A stretch of 64,000 nucleotides of DNA from Gemmatimonadales bacterium (lineage in GTDB: Bacteria > Gemmatimonadota > Gemmatimonadetes > Gemmatimonadales > GWC2-71-9). Location: the NCBI GenBank assembly GCA_037189525.1, contig JBBCJC010000001.1, positions 64,001 through 128,000 of the forward strand, read 5' to 3'. Of the stretch, positions 26,102 to 33,926 are shown piece after piece. Position 1 is the stretch's first letter, and each line of letters begins with the position of its first letter. The notes under the pieces are model-generated. The model was not told the DNA's origin. It saw nothing but the letters and a program-made list of their open reading frames with translations, and did not search any database. Position numbers and translations under genes: made by a program.

Positions 26102-26796
26102 TCTCGGCCGGCCTGGCGGCTGCCGCTTGTAGCGGCATCGCCGAAAACAACGACGGCATCGCCTTTCTGGAACTCCACTACCCCGCGAGCACCTTTCTCG
26201 AAGCGGGGTCATCGGTGCAACTCTCGGCCGTGGCCTTGGACCGCAACGGCAATGTGGTCGAGTCTGCCCCACTTCGCTGGCGCACTCCCGACACGACGGT
26301 CTCACTCGACGAAGAAACCGGCCTGGTCGAATCGGAGAGCGACGCCACCGGTACGGCCCGGATTCAAGTCGGCGTCTTCGGTTCCGACACCATCGCCACC
26401 GCACTCACGTCGCTGACCATTACGCTGACCGGCAGAGCCGACACCGTCCTCCTGGTGGGAGACGACTCGTTGACGGTGACCAGCGACAATGGCACTGCCT
26501 CATTTCAGATCCGCGCCGATGGCGGGTCCCCGGCAGTCCCGATCGCGCAGCGACCGATCACGGCGCGCATCATCGAGCCGGCGCCGGTGGACTCGCCGAC
26601 CGTGGTATTCCAGAGCGGACGTGTCAGTGATTCGCTGATGACGGCAAACAACGGCATCGCCTCGTTCACGATCCGGAATCTCCCGAATCGTCCGGTTCCC
26701 GATCGCGCCGTGGTCCAGATTCGCGCCCGGCGAGCCAACGGCAACGAAATTCCAGGGTCGGGCCGCACCCTGGTGATCCGGTTCCTGCATCAATGA
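26029..26796 (+). CDS. Lipoprotein with Ig-like (Big_2-like) domains
   Basis: Arg-rich N-region plus LISAGLAAAAC lipobox; VQLSAVALDRNG...WRTPD..V.LD..TGLV Ig motif. Start uncertain (TTG 26029, inside the TPR gene). Confidence 0.7.
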   Translation: MDSARRIDSAGTRARRQRRLRLGLISAGLAAAACSGIAENNDGIAFLELHYPASTFLEAGSSVQLSAVALDRNGNVVESAPLRWRTPDTTVSLDEETGLVESESDATGTARIQVGVFGSDTIATALTSLTITLTGRADTVLLVGDDSLTVTSDNGTASFQIRADGGSPAVPIAQRPITARIIEPAPVDSPTVVFQSGRVSDSLMTANNGIASFTIRNLPNRPVPDRAVVQIRARRANGNEIPGSGRTLVIRFLHQ

Positions 26797-28643
26797 GCGC
26801 TCCCAAGGCAGGCGCCGAGCCGACCACCCTCACGGGGCTCTATTTCGGGGCGATCGATCGCTATCGCACCCATTCCGCAGCGATGCGCTTCAAGCGGGAT
26901 GGGCAATGGATTTCGGTAACCCACGCCGAGGTGGCCGAGCGGGTCGAAGCATTGAGCCGCGGCCTGCTGGCGCTGGGCATCGTTCCGGGGGACCGGGTGG
27001 CGATCCTCTCGGAAAACCGGCTGGAGTGGGCCCTGACCGACTACGCCTGCCTGACCGCCCGGGCCATCGACGTCCCGATCTACCCCACCCTGACCTCCAA
27101 GCAGATCGCTTATCTGCTCCAGGACTCGGGGGCCCGACTGGTCTTCGTCTCGAGCCGGGCGCAGTATGCGAAGCTGGCGGAAATTCGACATGAAACGCCG
27201 GCCGTCGAGTGGATCGTCGGCTTCGACGCCGACATCGAGGGCGACTCGGTACTCTCCCTGGACGACCTCGCGGCCAAAGGCGCGTCGCTCGACCGGGACC
27301 ACGCAACCTGGCGCGCCGACGCCCTGGCCGCGACTCCCGACGACCTCGCCACCATCATCTACACCTCGGGCACGACCGGCGAGCCCAAGGGCGTGATGCT
27401 GACCCACGGCAACATCGCCTCCAACGTGCGGGGCGGCTTTGCGGTGCTCTCGATTACCGCCGGCGACGAGTCCCTCTCGCTCCTGCCGCTTTCGCACATC
27501 TTCGAGCGCATGACGGGCCACTACTGCATGTTCCACGCAGGGGTGATCATCAGTTACGCCCAGAGTATCGAGACGGTGGCGCAGGACATCCTGGAGGTCC
27601 ACCCCACCGTCGTGGCCGCAGTACCGCGCCTGTACGAAAAGATCTACGCTCGCGCTCTCGAGACGGCGTCGCAGGGCGGCGGCATCAAGCGTTCGATCTT
27701 CCTCTGGGCCAAGCGCGTCGGAAGCCGCTGGGCCGATTTACGGGTGGCCGGGCAACCGATTCCCCTGGGGCTCCGCCTGGCCCACGGCCTGGCCGACCGG
27801 CTCGTCTTCCGCAAGCTGCGCAGTCGGGTCGGTGGCCGGATTCGGTTGTTCCTGTCCGGCGGCGCCCCGCTCTCCGGGGAGATCGCGCGGTTCTTCTACG
27901 CAGCTGGCCTACCGATCCTCGAAGGGTACGGGCTGACGGAGACCTCGCCGGTCATTACCGTCAACACATTTGAGCATCTGCGGTTCGGCACGGTGGGACG
28001 CGCCATTCCCGAAGTCGAAGTCCGGATCGGCGAGGACGGCGAGATCCTGACCCGAGGCCCGCACGTGATGCGCGGCTATTACAAGAAGCCCGAGGCCACC
28101 GCCGAGGTGCTCGATGCCGACGGCTGGTTCGCCACGGGTGACATCGGAGAAATCGACCGCGACGGCTTCCTCAAAATCACCGATCGCAAGAAGGACCTGA
28201 TCGCCACGGCGGGCGGTAAGAAGATCGCGCCGCAGCCGATCGAGGACGAGCTGCGGAAGAACCCCTTCATCTCCAACGCCGTGATGCTGGGCGATCGGCG
28301 GCGATTCCCGATCGTGCTCCTGGTCCCCGAATTCTCGGCGCTGGAAGCCTGGGCCAAGGCAGCCGGGCTGCAATGGAATTCACGCAAGGAACTGATCGAC
28401 CTGGAGCAGGTCCGGAAACACCTCGAGACCGAAGCCTCCAAGCATCTGCGAGAGCTGGCCCGCTACGAGCGCCCCAAGAAGTTCTTGATCGTGCCGCGCG
28501 AATTCTCGATCGAAACCGGTGAGCTGACCCCCAAACTCTCGGTCCGCCGCAAGGTCGTCGAAGACCACTACCGCGAGCTGATCGACGCGGCCTACGAGGA
28601 GGCCGAGGGCGAGGGGCACACCGACACCCACCTGACGCTGTAA
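26793..28643 (+). CDS. fadD: Long-chain-fatty-acid--CoA ligase (AMP-dependent synthetase)
   Basis: IIYTSGTTGEPKGVMLTH, EGYGLTETSP, GWFATGDIG, ITDRKKDLI, ELTPKL. Confidence 0.9.
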   Translation: MSAPKAGAEPTTLTGLYFGAIDRYRTHSAAMRFKRDGQWISVTHAEVAERVEALSRGLLALGIVPGDRVAILSENRLEWALTDYACLTARAIDVPIYPTLTSKQIAYLLQDSGARLVFVSSRAQYAKLAEIRHETPAVEWIVGFDADIEGDSVLSLDDLAAKGASLDRDHATWRADALAATPDDLATIIYTSGTTGEPKGVMLTHGNIASNVRGGFAVLSITAGDESLSLLPLSHIFERMTGHYCMFHAGVIISYAQSIETVAQDILEVHPTVVAAVPRLYEKIYARALETASQGGGIKRSIFLWAKRVGSRWADLRVAGQPIPLGLRLAHGLADRLVFRKLRSRVGGRIRLFLSGGAPLSGEIARFFYAAGLPILEGYGLTETSPVITVNTFEHLRFGTVGRAIPEVEVRIGEDGEILTRGPHVMRGYYKKPEATAEVLDADGWFATGDIGEIDRDGFLKITDRKKDLIATAGGKKIAPQPIEDELRKNPFISNAVMLGDRRRFPIVLLVPEFSALEAWAKAAGLQWNSRKELIDLEQVRKHLETEASKHLRELARYERPKKFLIVPREFSIETGELTPKLSVRRKVVEDHYRELIDAAYEEAEGEGHTDTHLTL

Positions 28644-28783
28644 GGAAAAGTTGACCGCCGCCCGGCCGGCCTTGCCGGAACATCCGGGCGGCACCGGCCG
28701 GGGCCCACCTCCGTAAACCACTACAGAACAACGAGTTACGGACAAACGCCGGATCGGCGCAGAGCCTGCATTCCCGTCGAGCC

Positions 28784-29857
28784 ATGCGACGCCTTACTCT
28801 CGTCCTCGGATTGGCCGTATTGGCGGCCCCGACCCCCGGCACCGCCCAGCGCGACTCCTCCTCGATCGACGCCGAGTTGCTGCGGCGGCCCGATGTCACC
28901 CGATACATCGACTATTTCACCGGCCCCGCGCGCGACCGGATGAGCCAGTGGCTCAATCGGGGCACCCGGTACCGCGAACTGATCGATGAACATCTGGAGC
29001 GCGAAGGCCTGCCCGGCGAGTTTGCCTACCTGCCGATGATCGAGAGCGGCTTCTCGAATACCGCCGTGAGCCACGCCGGCGCCGTCGGGATGTGGCAGTT
29101 CATGCCCGAGACCGCCCGAGACTATGGTCTCCGGGTCGATCGCTGGGTCGACGAACGCCGCGATCCGTTTCGGGCGACCGACGCAGCGGTGCGCCATATC
29201 AAGGATCTCAATCGGACGTTCGGATCATCGCTGGTTGCGGCAGCTGCGTACAACGGCGGGACCGGCCGGCTGAGCCGGAGCCTGGCCCGGCTTCGCGGCG
29301 TTTCCCTGAGCGAAGGGGGTCATGCCAAAGACCAGGATTTCTTTGCGCTGGCGGGCCGGGGCATGGTGGCCAAGGAAACCCAGAACTACGTGCCGCAGCT
29401 GCTGGCAGCGTCCATCATCGGGCGGGATCCGACCCGGTTCGGGTTTACCGTGGATACCCTGCCGCCGATCACGGTCGATTCGGTGCGGCTCGAGAAGCCG
29501 ATCCGGCTCGCGGTTGCCGAGCAAGCGCTTGGCCTCGATCAGCGGACCCTGGCACAGCTCAATCCGCAATTCGTCCTCGGCGTGACGCCCCCCGGCGGCG
29601 CCTGGATCCGGATCCCGGCCAATGCCGACGAGAGCGCAGCGCAGCGCCTCAATGCGCTACCCAGCGCGCCGCTCCATCGGCTCGAGGATCGGCCGCGCTA
29701 CCGGCTCGGTGAACTGGTCCGCGTCAAACGGGGCGATTCCCTGGGCGACGTGGCCCGGCGCCACGGCGTTAACGAAGCGGCGCTCCGGCGCATCAACGCG
29801 ATTCCCGAGTGGTACCGGATTCGTGCCGGGCAGGCGCTCCGCCTGCCGGCCAGCTGA
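28784..29857 (+). CDS. MltD-like lytic transglycosylase with LysM domain
   Basis: Signal peptide; catalytic IES, GMWQFMPETA, DERRDP, AAYNGG, ETQNYVP; C-terminal LysM (VKRGDSL..VARRHGV). Confidence 0.9.
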   Translation: MRRLTLVLGLAVLAAPTPGTAQRDSSSIDAELLRRPDVTRYIDYFTGPARDRMSQWLNRGTRYRELIDEHLEREGLPGEFAYLPMIESGFSNTAVSHAGAVGMWQFMPETARDYGLRVDRWVDERRDPFRATDAAVRHIKDLNRTFGSSLVAAAAYNGGTGRLSRSLARLRGVSLSEGGHAKDQDFFALAGRGMVAKETQNYVPQLLAASIIGRDPTRFGFTVDTLPPITVDSVRLEKPIRLAVAEQALGLDQRTLAQLNPQFVLGVTPPGGAWIRIPANADESAAQRLNALPSAPLHRLEDRPRYRLGELVRVKRGDSLGDVARRHGVNEAALRRINAIPEWYRIRAGQALRLPAS

Positions 29858-29858
29858 C

Positions 29859-30431
29859 TCAGACCCGCACCACCGAGACGCCGCCCGCCTGGGCCAGCAC
29901 CTGAGCGCCGACCCGGTCGGGCACCGGCGCCTCGACGACCGCCCGGTTGCCGGGCAGGACCGCGCCGAGTGCGGCGTCGACCCAGGTGGGGGCGCCGTGA
30001 TCGGCGGACACCACGACTCCACGCATACTCCGCTGCTTGATGGGCATGCGATCGGCGCGCACCACGCTCGCCCAGTCTGACCCGATGTGGGTCTCGGGGG
30101 GATTGACGAGAACCCAGCGAATCCCCGGCATCAGGGCCGTCAGGGCATCGGCCAGGCCGCCGGCGCTGCCAAGTAAGGCGACATAGCCGCCGGGACCGTC
30201 GAGACCGAGCAGCGCAGCAATCGCCTCCGCGGTGAGCGCGGTCGGGCCGGCCGGTGGCGCCGCGCCGAACGTGGCGATGCCGTCTTCGATTCGCACTTCC
30301 CGATTGCAAACCGGACAGCCCAGCACGCCGGACAGGACCCGCCGGCCCTCCAACGCATCGGGCAGCAGCACGAGAAAGGCTTCGTCGTGCGGCTCGGTAC
30401 AGCGGAGATGATCGGTCAACTCGATGAACAT
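29859..30431 (-). CDS. Trm112-like zinc-ribbon protein fused to a degenerate methyltransferase-like domain
   Basis: LRC...H....GVLGCPVC...IEDGI N-terminus; C-terminal ..MPIKQRSMRGVV...LLPG.R pattern resembles class I MTase strands, but there is no canonical GxGxG. Confidence 0.6.
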   Translation of the reverse strand: MFIELTDHLRCTEPHDEAFLVLLPDALEGRRVLSGVLGCPVCNREVRIEDGIATFGAAPPAGPTALTAEAIAALLGLDGPGGYVALLGSAGGLADALTALMPGIRWVLVNPPETHIGSDWASVVRADRMPIKQRSMRGVVVSADHGAPTWVDAALGAVLPGNRAVVEAPVPDRVGAQVLAQAGGVSVVRV

Positions 30432-30435
30432 CGGG

Positions 30436-31020
30436 TCAGATCATCTGGGTCCGCGGGCCGTGCACCAGACGGAGAAATTCTTCCCGGGTCCGCGCATCGT
30501 CGCGGAAGACTCCGCGGAGGGCACTGGTGACGGTGGTCGAATTCTGTTTCTCGACGCCACGCATCATCATGCAGAGGTGGGAGGCTTCGATCACCACGCC
30601 GACGCCGTGGGGGTGGAGCACGTCCATGACCGCATCGGCCACCTGGTCGGTCAGGCGTTCCTGGACCTGCAGGCGACGGGCAAAGACGTCCACGATGCGC
30701 GGCAGCTTGGACAGTCCGATGATCTTGCCGGCCGGCAGGTACGCGACGTGCGCCTTGCCAAAGAACGGCAGCATGTGATGCTCGCACATCGAGTACAACT
30801 CGATGTCGCGCACCAGGATCATGTTTTCGTGGCTCTCGTCGAAGACGCCGTCACCCACCACATCGGCAACCGAGATGTGATACCCGCGCGTCATCCAGCG
30901 ATAGGCTTTGGCGACCCGCTCCGGGGTGCGCACCAGTCCCTCGCGACGCGGATCTTCTCCCAGCGCCTCGAGGATCGCGTGGACGTGGCCTTCGAGCTCA
31001 GGCTCCTTGGTATTCGACAT
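30436..31020 (-). CDS. folE: GTP cyclohydrolase I
   Basis: [53 protein letters not shown]. Confidence 0.98.
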   Translation of the reverse strand: MSNTKEPELEGHVHAILEALGEDPRREGLVRTPERVAKAYRWMTRGYHISVADVVGDGVFDESHENMILVRDIELYSMCEHHMLPFFGKAHVAYLPAGKIIGLSKLPRIVDVFARRLQVQERLTDQVADAVMDVLHPHGVGVVIEASHLCMMMRGVEKQNSTTVTSALRGVFRDDARTREEFLRLVHGPRTQMI

Positions 31021-31411
31021 AATTCCGCGGCGTCTCCCAAAGCCGAATCAGTTTGAGGCGGCCGGCCGGCAGTCTCGGCGCAATCTGCTCCCAGCAGAAG
31101 ACCGCGATATTCTCGGCCGACGGCAAGCGGGTGTTGAACCAGGGCACGTCGAGATTGAGATTCCGATGGTCGAGCAGGTCGAGGACATGTTCCTGCACGA
31201 TGGCCTTGAGGATCGCGACGTCGAGGACGTAACCGGTCTCGGGGTCGATTTCCCCTTCGACCAGGACGTCGATCTCATAGTTGTGGCCGTGGTAGTTAGC
31301 ATTGTTGCACGCCCCGAAGGTGCTCCGATTCCATTCATCCGACCGGGCCGGATTGTGTAACCGGTGCGCAGCATTGAAATGCAATCGGCGGGCGACTACA
31401 CAGTGAGCCAT
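30998..31411 (-). CDS. 6-pyruvoyl-tetrahydropterin synthase / QueD family protein (CX5HGH type)
   Basis: [39 protein letters not shown]; start ATG 31411. Confidence 0.92.
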   Translation of the reverse strand: MAHCVVARRLHFNAAHRLHNPARSDEWNRSTFGACNNANYHGHNYEIDVLVEGEIDPETGYVLDVAILKAIVQEHVLDLLDHRNLNLDVPWFNTRLPSAENIAVFCWEQIAPRLPAGRLKLIRLWETPRNYVEYQGA

Positions 31412-31443
31412 ACGACGAAGGGCCTGGGGGCTAGAGGCTTGGC

Positions 31444-31485
31444 AAAACAAGAGGCGCCGACCCGACTCGCGTCGGTCGGCGCCTC
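31444..31485 (-). terminator. Rho-independent terminator
   Basis: Minus strand GAGGCGCCGACCGAC-GCGA-GTCGGGTCGGCGCCTC followed by TTGTTTT. Confidence 0.85.
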
Positions 31486-31489
31486 GAGC

Positions 31490-31650
31490 GTCGGCTGGCA
31501 ACCGGGAGGTTTATTGAAGCCCGAAGAAGAATGTTCGGCGCCCTCACCACAAGATCTGCCTTCCCCTGGGGGGCGTGGCATCACCTACAGTATGTGGGCC
31601 CAACTTCGGACCTGTTGGCTCAATAACGTGGTTCCCAGTCACCAGCCGAC
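31490..31650 (-). ncRNA. Stand-alone rod-like structured small RNA, 6S RNA candidate
   Basis: 18-bp closing stem GUCGGCUGGUGACUGGGA/UCCCGGUUGCCAGCCGAC (3 G-U pairs valid only on the - strand). Inner helices UUAUUGA/UCAAUAA, GUCCGAAG/CUUCGGGC, GCCC/GGGC, CCAC/GUGG. Has its own promoter and terminator. UUGAGCCAAC...GGGCUUCAA resembles 6S bubble-flanking motifs. Confidence 0.7.
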
Positions 31651-31656
31651 ATCCCT

Positions 31657-31685
31657 ATAATACGGACGGCGCGGCAGAGCGTCAA
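31657..31685 (-). promoter_or_regulatory. Near-consensus sigma70 promoter of the small RNA; overlaps a + strand TATAAT
   Basis: TTGACG (31685-80), 17 nt, TATTAT (31662-57); predicted TSS near 31650 coincides with the stem 5' end. TATAAT on + at 31656-61. Confidence 0.8.
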
Positions 31686-31708
31686 CGTACCCTGGTTCGA
31701 GGTGATCC

Positions 31709-31855
31709 GTGAATCTGATCGGCGCGGTGGTAGCATTGATCCTCTGGTTCGTCCTGACCTTTGTCACGCCGGTCGGGGTGGGGCTGATCCACCTGCTTCT
31801 CACGATCGGCGTCGTCCTGCTGATCCGCTGGTGGGCGCTCCGACCAGCCCAGTAG
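31709..31855 (+). CDS. 48-aa membrane protein (lmo0937/DUF5670-like), absent from the ORF track
   Basis: SD GAGGTG, GTG start, MNLIGAVVALILWFVLTFVTPVGVGLIHLLLTIGVVLLIRWWALRPAQ; stop overlaps the next GTG (TAGTG). Confidence 0.75.
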   Translation: MNLIGAVVALILWFVLTFVTPVGVGLIHLLLTIGVVLLIRWWALRPAQ

Positions 31856-33240
31856 TGCGGCGCCTGGCGCTGGCGGCCTGCTGCGCTCTGCTCGCGCCCC
31901 ACTCGGCGCGAGCCCAGCGACAGCCGGTCGATGCCGTGCCAGAGGACTCGCTCGCTCTGCAGGCCCCCTCACGTGCCCTCCGCGGCATCGGGACGGGGCT
32001 CCTCGTCAATGTCGTCGTCAATCGCTTCGACCGGTGGGTCCTCCGTGAGGACTTTGCCCGGGTCACGCCGGCATCCTGGTGGCGCAACCTCCGGCTGGGA
32101 TGGGAGTGGGACGAAAACCAGTTCGGCACCAACATGTTTGCCCATCCCTACCATGGCTCGCTCTACTTCAACGGGGGCCGCCACAACGGGCTCAGCTACT
32201 GGGAATCGATTCCGCTCGCCTTCATCGGGTCGTGGACCTGGGAGCATCTGGGAGAACGCCATCGCCCGTCGCTCAACGATTTCGTGATGACGAGTTTCGG
32301 CGGCATTGCGCTGGGCGAGATCTTCGGCCGAATCGGGGCGGGCATCCGGCAGGCGGCTCCCGGCACCCCTGCCCCGCTCTGGCGCGAACTGGTGGCCCTG
32401 CCCTTCGACCCGATCGGGAGCCTCGACCGGCTGACCGGCGGGCGGGGTCGCCGGACCCATCGGACCATGATGGCCCATCCCGACGCCTTCATGCTGCGCA
32501 CCTACACGGGTATGCGCATCACCGGCGACCGGGAGGTCTCCGACAGCTCGGCACGATCCCTCACCGCGCTGATCGATTTCCTCTACGGCGACCCGCTGGA
32601 TACGCCCTATACCGCTCCCTTCGACGTCTTTGCCATTCGCGGCCAGGTGAGTTCCGGTGGTGGCCTGCACCAGCTGCGCGCCACGGGACGGCTCTACGGG
32701 CGGAATATCACCCGGCAGACTGCCCGCCATCGGCACCAGCTGACCGTCAACCAGCGCTTCGAATACATCGACAACCCGGCGCAACGGTATGGCGGACAGA
32801 GCGTGGAGGTCGGGTTCAATTCGCGCTGGCGCCTGTCCAATACGCTCGGCGTCCGTACCCAGGCGTTCGGCAACGCCATTCTGCTCGGCGCCATCGACGC
32901 ACCCGACGCCGGCGTCGGTGAGCGCGACTACGACTTCGGCCCCGGCCTTGGCGTGCGACTCGAGGGCGTCCTCGAACTGCGCGGGCTTCCGGTCATTGCC
33001 GCCTATGCCCAAACCGAGTATGTCCGATCTGTCAGCGGAGCAACCGCAGATCATCTGGCGCACTTCGGCGGCTTCGAGTTCACCGTTCCGGTAGCCCGAG
33101 ACTTCGGGATCGGAATTCATACCGGCTATTTCAACCGGTTGAGCCGCTACTCCGACCGGCCCGACCAGCGACGCGAGTACCCGGAGGTGCGCCTGATCAG
33201 CACCTGGACTCTCGGGAACACGGTGCGGAACGCGCCATGA
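31855..33240 (+). CDS. DUF3943 domain-containing exported/outer-membrane protein
   Basis: Signal peptide from GTG 31855 (VRRLALAACCALLAPHSARA-Q); WEWDENQFGTNMFAHPYHGSLYFN.GR, GSWTWE..GE..RPSLND; beta-strand-rich C-terminal half. Confidence 0.8.
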   Translation: MRRLALAACCALLAPHSARAQRQPVDAVPEDSLALQAPSRALRGIGTGLLVNVVVNRFDRWVLREDFARVTPASWWRNLRLGWEWDENQFGTNMFAHPYHGSLYFNGGRHNGLSYWESIPLAFIGSWTWEHLGERHRPSLNDFVMTSFGGIALGEIFGRIGAGIRQAAPGTPAPLWRELVALPFDPIGSLDRLTGGRGRRTHRTMMAHPDAFMLRTYTGMRITGDREVSDSSARSLTALIDFLYGDPLDTPYTAPFDVFAIRGQVSSGGGLHQLRATGRLYGRNITRQTARHRHQLTVNQRFEYIDNPAQRYGGQSVEVGFNSRWRLSNTLGVRTQAFGNAILLGAIDAPDAGVGERDYDFGPGLGVRLEGVLELRGLPVIAAYAQTEYVRSVSGATADHLAHFGGFEFTVPVARDFGIGIHTGYFNRLSRYSDRPDQRREYPEVRLISTWTLGNTVRNAP

Positions 33241-33845
33241 CGATCCGAAGATTCGGCCCGGTATTCCTGGCTCTCGCGCTCCTCGGCTGGGCAACCGGCG
33301 CCGAGGCGCAACAGAGGCAGCGCACCAGGCTCTGGATCGAACTCGGCGGCGGCCCCGGTGTGGGCCTGATCTCGTGCGCCAACTGCGACCGCGTCATTTC
33401 GACGGCCGGCGCCAGTTCGAATTTCCGGATCGGCGGGGTGCTGTCGGAAAAGGTGCTGCTCGGCTTCGACAACTTCACCTTCGTCAATCGCGCCTTCGGC
33501 CTCGACGACGAAGAGGGCAACATCGTCGCCGAAACCTCGACGGCGGCGTTGAGCGTGCTCTGGTTCCCGGGACAGTCGGGGTTCTTCGCGAAAGGCGGCG
33601 TGGGGGTCGCCTACGGCAATTTCACGGTCGATGCGGTCGACAGCGAGCCCCTGGTGGCTTCAGAAGTCGGATTGGGGCTGACATTTGGGATCGGCTATGA
33701 CCATCCGCTGTCGCGAAGGCTGTCGCTCACCTTCAATGCGGGAGCGCTGGTCGCCGCGATCGGCGACATCGTCCTCCGCACGGGACGCGTCGACGACGTC
33801 ATCGCTTCGTTGTACCAGTTCACCGTGGGGATCACGGTTCGCTGA
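33237..33845 (+). CDS. Outer-membrane beta-barrel protein
   Basis: Signal peptide (AEA-Q), alternating beta strands (FFAKGGVGVAY, GLTFGIGYD), CxxC loop, C-terminal YQFTVGITVR. Confidence 0.75.
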   Translation: MTIRRFGPVFLALALLGWATGAEAQQRQRTRLWIELGGGPGVGLISCANCDRVISTAGASSNFRIGGVLSEKVLLGFDNFTFVNRAFGLDDEEGNIVAETSTAALSVLWFPGQSGFFAKGGVGVAYGNFTVDAVDSEPLVASEVGLGLTFGIGYDHPLSRRLSLTFNAGALVAAIGDIVLRTGRVDDVIASLYQFTVGITVR

Positions 33846-33926
33846 ACCAAGGCGGGGAAGGGCGAAGAAACCGTCTGGGCCGGATCGGTGTCTCATGGGA
33901 ATATCCATCACTTCGTGAGCCTCGAC

